Positions 58,514 through 64,000 of a stretch of DNA of 64,000 nucleotides are shown here, in pieces. The DNA is taken from assembly GCA_050248855.1 (NCBI GenBank), contig JBFWRP010000007.1, forward strand, positions 76,695 through 140,694, written 5' to 3'. The stretch comes from Planctomycetota bacterium (GTDB taxonomy: Bacteria; Planctomycetota; PLA2; JAEUHO01). Position 1 is the stretch's first letter. Every line of letters begins with the position of its first letter. The notes under the pieces were generated by a model. That model was not told the origin of the DNA. It saw nothing but the letters and a program-made list of their open reading frames with translations, and did not search any database. Position numbers and translations under genes: made by a program.

Positions 58514-59976
58514 GACACGATCCAGCCGCCTGCGGTCGCGAAGCGGTATGTGGGCTCGAAGGCTCCGGCCCGCTTCGCCCCGAACACCGCATCGTCGACG
58601 ATGCCGTTGTCCTGCTTGTCGCGCTTGACCTGCTCGTAGACGGCCTCGGGCACGCGCACGCCGAAGCGCGTCGCCGTGTGCACGCGCTGGTCTTCGTCAC
58701 TGACGATGGTCAGCGGGACCAGCCGCCCGTCCTCGCCGACGGCCTCGACGATGATGTAGTAGCTGCGGACGTCGTGGCGCTCGACCGGCGTGCGCCACAC
58801 CCCGCTGCGTTCGTCGGGCCGGGAGACGATGCGCAGCGTGTAGGACTGCTCCAGGCGCGTGAGCAAGCGCTCCAGCTGTTCGAGGGCGTCTCGCAGGGTC
58901 GCGTCGTCGCCCGATGCGAGCGCCCCCTGCACGGCCTTCGTGCGATCCGCCACGCGTGGCGCGGCGCGCTCGTCGAGCGTCATGCGCGCCACGCGCGCGG
59001 CCGCCACGTCCAAGGCGTGACGCGCCTGCGCGCGCAAGGCCTCCGCGCCCAGGACGGAGCCCACCGCCGTACGCAACGCCTGCACCCGGCTCTTGCTGTC
59101 GGCGGCGTCCCCGCGGTCGATGGCCGCCAGCGCATCGTCGCGCAACCGGTTCAGACGGGCCTGCGTGCCTTCGTCCAGCGACAGCCCGCCCAGGCGATCC
59201 AGCTCGATGCCGACGGCGCGGGCCGCGAGCGCAAGCTCGCGGACGACATCGAGGCGGCCGGCGATCTCGCCCAGCGCCGACTGCACGACGCCGTAGTCGC
59301 GCCGGGCCGCGCCCAGCTCGTCCTCCATCTTCCCGGGCGCCGCGTCGAACGCGTCCTGGTCCACCGTGCCGTCAAGGCGCTCGATCACCCGCTGCAAGCG
59401 CGAGCGGGTCGCCACGAGCTCCTCGGCCGTCTCCTGCCCCAGGCGGTGCCAGGGGCCCGGCTTGTCGTCCGGTCCGGGCAGCTGCCGCTCGAGGTCCTCC
59501 AGACGGCGCCCGGCCCGCTCGACCTCATGCTCGAGCGCCGTGCGCGCCGCTCCGTACGCCTCGCGACGCGCCTTGGCCTTGCGCGAGCGGTCCCAGGCCA
59601 CGAGCCCGAACGCCACGAGAGCGAGCGCCAGCACGACGCCTGACCGCACGAACCACTTGCCGCGATCGACGTAGATCTCCGCCAGGCGAACGCGAAGCGT
59701 GCGCTCGGGCGGACGGTACACGAACCGGTCCCGCACGAGGGCCTCGACGCCCTCCTCGATGACCTCCTGGGGCACCTCGATGCCCTGGTCGGCATAGATG
59801 CCGCGGACCCGCTGGACGAGCGCGGCGCGCCGACCCTCCTCGCCGAGCTCCGCCTCCACGATCGCCCGTTGGTGGCGGAGCGTGTCCACCACGTCCATGG
59901 CCAGCATGACCTCGTCCAGCGGCGCGGCGGCCGTCGGCGCAGGCAGCGAGTCGGTCGTGGGCGCGTCCGAAGACAT
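58507..59976 (-). CDS. single-pass membrane coiled-coil protein, hypothetical
   Basis: N-terminal module LDEVMLAMDVVDTLRHQRAIVE..., TM helix VVLALALVAFGLVAW, about 230 aa of coiled coil, and a roughly 110-aa beta-rich C-terminal domain. 12 nt after the upstream stop. Confidence 0.6.
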   Translation of the reverse strand: MSSDAPTTDSLPAPTAAAPLDEVMLAMDVVDTLRHQRAIVEAELGEEGRRAALVQRVRGIYADQGIEVPQEVIEEGVEALVRDRFVYRPPERTLRVRLAEIYVDRGKWFVRSGVVLALALVAFGLVAWDRSRKAKARREAYGAARTALEHEVERAGRRLEDLERQLPGPDDKPGPWHRLGQETAEELVATRSRLQRVIERLDGTVDQDAFDAAPGKMEDELGAARRDYGVVQSALGEIAGRLDVVRELALAARAVGIELDRLGGLSLDEGTQARLNRLRDDALAAIDRGDAADSKSRVQALRTAVGSVLGAEALRAQARHALDVAAARVARMTLDERAAPRVADRTKAVQGALASGDDATLRDALEQLERLLTRLEQSYTLRIVSRPDERSGVWRTPVERHDVRSYYIIVEAVGEDGRLVPLTIVSDEDQRVHTATRFGVRVPEAVYEQVKRDKQDNGIVDDAVFGAKRAGAFEPTYRFATAGGWIVSW

Positions 59977-59988
59977 CGCGGTGTGGGA

Positions 59989-61197
59989 TCAGGCCGGGGA
60001 CGGAGCCGGCAGCGCGGCGGCCTGCTCTTCGAGACGGATCATGCGCAGCTTCCCGTCCTCGACCGCCGCCCGCACCTCTTCCTCGTTCTTGCGACTGAGC
60101 TCGCGCATCTCCGTGATGATCTCGCGCGAGCGCTGCTGCCAGGCGACCACGGCGTCCACGAGCTTCTTCACGGACTCGACGCGGATCGTGGGGCCGTAGC
60201 CGGCCTTGATCGCGGCCTCCTGGATCTTGGTGCCCTCGTCGCCCAAGGTCTCCAGGCTCTTCTCGATGCCCTTCTTCATGGCCTCGAGCGTCTGCGTCGC
60301 CTCGTGCAGCCCGCTCATGCCCGTGAAGGAGGCGGAGAGCGCCGTGAACACGGTCTCGTTGGTACCGAAGAACGTGACGGCCTGGGAGTAGACGCGCTCC
60401 TTGGCGTTGGTGATCTGGTGCAGGCGCGCCATGATCACTTCCGTGGTGTTGTAGGCGATGGAGAGGTTCTCGGCGAGGTCCTTGCAGATCTGGTAGCGCT
60501 TGTCTTCGTCTTGCAGCTCGCGCATGGCGAGGTCGCGCGTCATCTCGAGGCGGGCGGCCTTCTCGCGGTCGTCGCCCTTCTGCTTGCCCACGGCCTCCGC
60601 GGCCTTGGCCAGCGCCTTCTTGTCCTTCTCCAGCTCGGCGTCGGCCTTCTTGAGCAGCCGGAAGCCGAGGATCTCCGCTTCCTTCAGCGCGCCTCGGAAG
60701 TCGGCATACGCCTCGAGGACGCGGCGCTCGCGCTCGATCTGGTCGCGCGTGTCGCCTGCCACGTCGAGGTAGGTCGTGCGGATCTTGTCGAAGCGGGCGG
60801 GAATGTCGCCGCGCGTCACCTTCATCCAGACGTTGGAGACCCGCTCCATCGTGCTGAGCTTGCCGTCGTCGACCTGCTCCACCATGCGCTTGGCATCTTC
60901 GCGGATGCTGTCGAAGGCATTGGTGATGGACGCGTAGCGCTCGCCGACCGAGACGGCGCTGATCTCCTCGCGGACCACCTTGTTGAACAACGTGGCCTGG
61001 GAGAGCGTGCGCGCAATGAGGGCCGCGGTGTCGGGATCGAGCGGCGCCACGCGCTCGATGAGCGCCACGACGGGCGCGGGCTCGTTGCCTTCGGGCAGGA
61101 TGCCCATGGTGCGCAGCGCCCCGAGGGCCTTGTCGAGCAGCTTGAGGGGCTTGGGCCTGGGAGCGGACTTGGGCGCGGGCTTGGCCTTGCCGGACAT
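59989..61197 (-). CDS. TelA/YaaN-like (toxic-anion-resistance family) all-alpha protein - tentative
   Basis: Internal ATG with GGAG upstream. 402 aa, all-helical, Lys/Glu-rich. The overall length and pattern resemble the TelA family. No search was possible. Confidence 0.4.
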   Translation of the reverse strand: MSGKAKPAPKSAPRPKPLKLLDKALGALRTMGILPEGNEPAPVVALIERVAPLDPDTAALIARTLSQATLFNKVVREEISAVSVGERYASITNAFDSIREDAKRMVEQVDDGKLSTMERVSNVWMKVTRGDIPARFDKIRTTYLDVAGDTRDQIERERRVLEAYADFRGALKEAEILGFRLLKKADAELEKDKKALAKAAEAVGKQKGDDREKAARLEMTRDLAMRELQDEDKRYQICKDLAENLSIAYNTTEVIMARLHQITNAKERVYSQAVTFFGTNETVFTALSASFTGMSGLHEATQTLEAMKKGIEKSLETLGDEGTKIQEAAIKAGYGPTIRVESVKKLVDAVVAWQQRSREIITEMRELSRKNEEEVRAAVEDGKLRMIRLEEQAAALPAPSPA

Positions 61198-61281
61198 GGG
61201 AGGGTCTCCGGGGTGTCGAGGGGCCGCATGATGGCGCGACCTGCCACCCGACGGCAACGCCAAGCCCGGAGAAGTGCCCAC

Positions 61282-62244
61282 TTAGAACAGGACGTACGCC
61301 AGGTAGGCCGCCACTTCGCGCATCACGGCGAACGGCTTGGTCGGCCAACGCTGGGTCTCGCGGCAGGGCAGCGTGTAGGACACGACACCCTCCCGCTCGA
61401 GCGCCCAGCGCACGCGGGCGACGTGGTAGTCGTGACTCACCACGAGCACGCTTCGCCACCCCCGCTCGCGGGCCAGCTCGGCCACGGCCCGTGCGGTGGC
61501 GTGCGTGTCGACGCCGCTCTCGTCGAGCACCAAGCGCTCGGCGGGCACGCCCCGCTCGCGGCAGAGGCGCGCCATCACGCTCGGCTCGGAGCGCGGCGCA
61601 CCCTCGCCGAGTCCCCCCGAGAGCACGAGGGGCCGCCCGGGGTCGCCGGCCGCGTAGGCGCGGCACGCCTCGACCGTGCGGTCCCGCAGCGCCGTCGAGG
61701 CACGCCCGTCGTGGGTGACGCGGGCGCCCAGCACGACGATGGCGTCGCCACGTGTCGGGTCGAAGCGCGTCCCCCCGATCCAGAGCAGGTGCGCCAGCAC
61801 CGACACGAGCCCCATCCCCACGACCGCCACGCCGAGCACCGCGTTCGCGGCCAGTCCACGGGAGCGCGGCAGCGGCGGCAGCGCGGCCCAGGCGCCGAGC
61901 AGGATCGCCAGCACCAGGCTCTCGGGCACGGGCGAGCCGGCCACGACACCCGCACCACCCGCCGTGATGCCGAACAGACGCACGGCGTCGGCGAGCGCCA
62001 GGCAGGCGAGGCCGGCCGCCAGGCCGCGGCGGTGGCGCCAGCGGGTCACGACGGCGAGCCCGAACGCCGCCGTCACGACGGTCAGCACGATCCGCGGCAG
62101 ACCGCCACCCTGGATCCAGAGCGCCATGCGATCGTGCCCATCGGCCAGCTGTCGGACGACGCCGACCAGCGCGAAGAGGGCCACGGCAAGTACCCAGGCG
62201 TCGAGTGCGCGTCGGGCGAGGTTCGAGATGCGAAACGGCGCCAT
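61282..62244 (-). CDS. DUF218 (YdcF/ElyC/SanA-like) membrane protein
   Basis: Internal ATG. Several TM helices, then AIVVLGARV...LVLSGGLG...SEPSVMARL...VLDESGVDTHATA...VLVVSHDYH, typical of the DUF218 fold. Confidence 0.7.
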   Translation of the reverse strand: MAPFRISNLARRALDAWVLAVALFALVGVVRQLADGHDRMALWIQGGGLPRIVLTVVTAAFGLAVVTRWRHRRGLAAGLACLALADAVRLFGITAGGAGVVAGSPVPESLVLAILLGAWAALPPLPRSRGLAANAVLGVAVVGMGLVSVLAHLLWIGGTRFDPTRGDAIVVLGARVTHDGRASTALRDRTVEACRAYAAGDPGRPLVLSGGLGEGAPRSEPSVMARLCRERGVPAERLVLDESGVDTHATARAVAELARERGWRSVLVVSHDYHVARVRWALEREGVVSYTLPCRETQRWPTKPFAVMREVAAYLAYVLF

Positions 62245-62289
62245 GGGACGGAGGATCGGACACATGCGAGCACGCATGGAGCGCACATC

Positions 62290-62709
62290 ATGAAATGCTG
62301 CGAACAACGACTCGAGATCGCCACGTCGGGGCGCGGCTTGGTCGACATCACGACCGACGTACAGCACGCCGTCGGGCGCGCTGGCATCACCACGGGCTTC
62401 GTGGTGGTCTTCTGCCAGCACACCTCCTGCAGCTTGCTGATCCAGGAGAACGCCGATCCCAGCGCACGCCGCGACCTCCTGGCTTGGCTCGAGCGCCTCG
62501 CCCCGGACGGCGACCCGCGCTACACGCACGACGCCGAAGGGCCCGACGACATGGCGGCGCACCTGCGCAGCGCCGTCACGAGGACCTCGGAGACGATCCC
62601 CATCCACGGGAGTCGGCTGGCCCTCGGCATGTGGCAGGGTCTGTTCCTGGCCGAGCACCGGACCCGACCGCACCGCCGCCGGTTGGCGGTGACGGTCGTG
62701 GGAACCTGA
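62290..62709 (+). CDS. YjbQ/UPF0047-family protein (secondary thiamine-phosphate synthase-like)
   Basis: Internal ATG at the end of track ORF 59869..62709. FCQHTSCSLLIQENADPSARRDL...YTHDAEGPDDMAAHLRS...LGMWQGLFLAEHR. Confidence 0.8.
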   Translation: MKCCEQRLEIATSGRGLVDITTDVQHAVGRAGITTGFVVVFCQHTSCSLLIQENADPSARRDLLAWLERLAPDGDPRYTHDAEGPDDMAAHLRSAVTRTSETIPIHGSRLALGMWQGLFLAEHRTRPHRRRLAVTVVGT

Positions 62710-62716
62710 CGGCGAC

Positions 62717-63010
62717 CTACTTGAGGACGCCGAGGAAGCGCAGCGCGATGATCAGCAGCACCGAGCCGCCCAGGGCCAGCAGCGCGACGCCCACCCAGCC
62801 CGAGACCGAGATGCCGAGCACCCCGCCGAGCCACCCGCCGATGTAGGCGCCCGCGACGCCCACGAGCACGTTGGCGACCAAACCCATCTGCCCGCTCGTC
62901 TTCATGACGATGCTGGCCAGCCAGCCGATGAGGCCGCCGATGACCAAGAAGACGATCGTGTGTCCGATCGAGTCGAAGGGGTAGGAGGCAGCGATCAGAT
63001 CGTGCGGCAT
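62717..63010 (-). CDS. GlsB/YeaQ/YmgE-family (transglycosylase-associated) stress membrane protein
   Basis: 97 aa, Gly-zipper helices IGGLIGWLASIVM...GLVANVLVGVAGAYIGGWLGG. GGAGAC SD. Confidence 0.8.
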   Translation of the reverse strand: MPHDLIAASYPFDSIGHTIVFLVIGGLIGWLASIVMKTSGQMGLVANVLVGVAGAYIGGWLGGVLGISVSGWVGVALLALGGSVLLIIALRFLGVLK

Positions 63011-63142
63011 GGGGAGTCTCCAAGGACGTGGGGTCGCCGGACGCCAGGCCGGTCAGTCCAGGTCTACACCCTGGCGTCCGTCTTGACGCCGTCCGGGCAC
63101 TCCCCCCCTTGCCAATCCGCATCGCCTGCGCCCTGCTAGGGC

Positions 63143-63922
63143 GTGTCCAGGGGGAACGCCGTGGCCCGAACGGACGAGAGCCTCGCCAAGCAAGCCGAGC
63201 GCTGGTGCCACTACGGGGCCCAGCTCGTGGCCCACGCCGCGGTCCACGCCCTGCCCGGTCGCGGGCTGCGCGAGCGCTGCTCGCTCGACGAACCGGCCTG
63301 TGCGCGCAACTTCGCCGTACGCGGCTACCGCCACCACGTCCTCGGTCACGACACTCCGGCTTGTTGCCGGATGCATCTGCTCGGCGTCCTCGACGACGTC
63401 GTGGCCTGCCTCGAACCGACGGACTGGACGTGGTTCGTGTTCTGGGGTGGGTTTCTCGGCTCCGCGCGCGATGGCGAGCTCGTGCCCTGGGACCGCGACC
63501 TCGACATCGCGGTGGTGGACGTTGCTGCGTCGGACCTGCTCGCGGTCCTCGAGCCCCTGACCGGCCGTGGTCGCCACCTGCGACTGCGCGGCGCGACGAC
63601 GCCCCACCTCGTGCGCGTGCAAGCCAGCAGCCGCAACGGCATCGGGGTCGATGTCGAACGCTGGCGGCGGGAGGGCGATGTCTTGGTGGCCCTCGACCCC
63701 GACATCGCTGCGCGTCCGCGCGTGGACCTCGTCCTCCCCTTGGTCGGGCGGCCCCTGGCCGGTCGCGGCCTGCGCATGCCGCGCTCGCCCGCTCTCCTTG
63801 CGGACCTGTACGGACCTGACTGGGCGACGCGTGGAGTGCGCGTCGAGCAGCGCTTCGGCCGACGCGTCGTGGACCTGCTCCCGGCCGGCGGGCCCCAGGC
63901 CCTCGCGCTCCCGATCCCCTGA
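63143..63922 (+). CDS. LicD-family nucleotidyl/phosphocholine-transfer protein (tentative)
   Basis: WGGFLGSARDGELVPWDRDLDIAV resembles the LicD GxLLGxxRxxxxIPWDDDxD motif. The start is uncertain (GTG 63143 or 63161). Confidence 0.5.
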   Translation: MSRGNAVARTDESLAKQAERWCHYGAQLVAHAAVHALPGRGLRERCSLDEPACARNFAVRGYRHHVLGHDTPACCRMHLLGVLDDVVACLEPTDWTWFVFWGGFLGSARDGELVPWDRDLDIAVVDVAASDLLAVLEPLTGRGRHLRLRGATTPHLVRVQASSRNGIGVDVERWRREGDVLVALDPDIAARPRVDLVLPLVGRPLAGRGLRMPRSPALLADLYGPDWATRGVRVEQRFGRRVVDLLPAGGPQALALPIP

Positions 63923-64000
63923 AGCGGACGTCCGTGACAGCGCGACCGGGGCGACGTAGGGTCCTCCGGTGCCCGGACTCGCGCTCACGTTGGTGCTGCT

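Noticed and set aside
59525-62709. 912-aa (minus) and 946-aa (plus) ORFs across the TelA-like/DUF218 region
   Set aside because: They are out of frame with or antisense to four well-formed genes. Only the last 139 codons of the + ORF (62290-62709, YjbQ-like) are considered real.
63053-63988. 311-aa minus-strand ORF
   Set aside because: It is antisense to the ORF carrying the LicD-like PWDRDLD motif and has no motif of its own.

Overview
This is a very GC-rich bacterial chromosomal segment (about 70% by eye, with third codon positions almost all G/C). It is densely packed with about 55 protein genes and one tRNA. I saw no rRNA, CRISPR array or prophage. Gene content includes Hanks-type Ser/Thr kinases, secreted HEAT-repeat and CarboxypepD_reg-repeat giants, a DUF1570-like peptidase, PilZ/HD-GYP signalling and a RAYT with a DnaA-like HTH. 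This points to a Myxococcota-like large-genome organism, but that is inference only. Recognisable genes are groES-groEL, ligA, uppP, htpX, tRNA-Gly(GCC), a Dus-family synthase, a HelY/Ski2-like helicase, a BtuCDF-type ABC transporter, Ni-superoxide dismutase, dodecin, yjbQ-like, and TetR, GNAT, SAM-MTase, HAD and APH-family enzymes. Most long ORFs in the six-frame track are antisense or out-of-frame shadows caused by the GC content. Real starts are often internal to the track ORFs.

Main observations:
1. An uncharacterised three-gene operon: a TelA/YaaN-like protein, a membrane-anchored coiled-coil protein, and a coiled-coil protein with a Gly/Ser/Trp/Arg tail.
2. A RAYT-type Y1 transposase gene bounded by a perfect 30-bp inverted repeat and a 9-bp direct repeat, inserted between two convergent stop codons.
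3. A recurrent TANNNT box 6-8 nt upstream of about 14 start codons, suggesting a leaderless-mRNA architecture. One case is a back-to-back divergent pair.
4. An unlisted 44-codon ORF for a Cys-rich mini-lipoprotein with a strong SD and a terminator.
5. A NiSOD with a Sec-type leader and Phe in place of the Ni-hook Tyr.
6. A secreted protein with 12 copies of a roughly 27-aa G-N-D-x-Y repeat.
7. A c-di-GMP module: GT2 synthase, RR-HD-GYP and PilZ.
8. Twin TetR operators in a 57-bp divergent region.

All calls rest on reading motifs by eye. No database search was possible, and start codons are best guesses.
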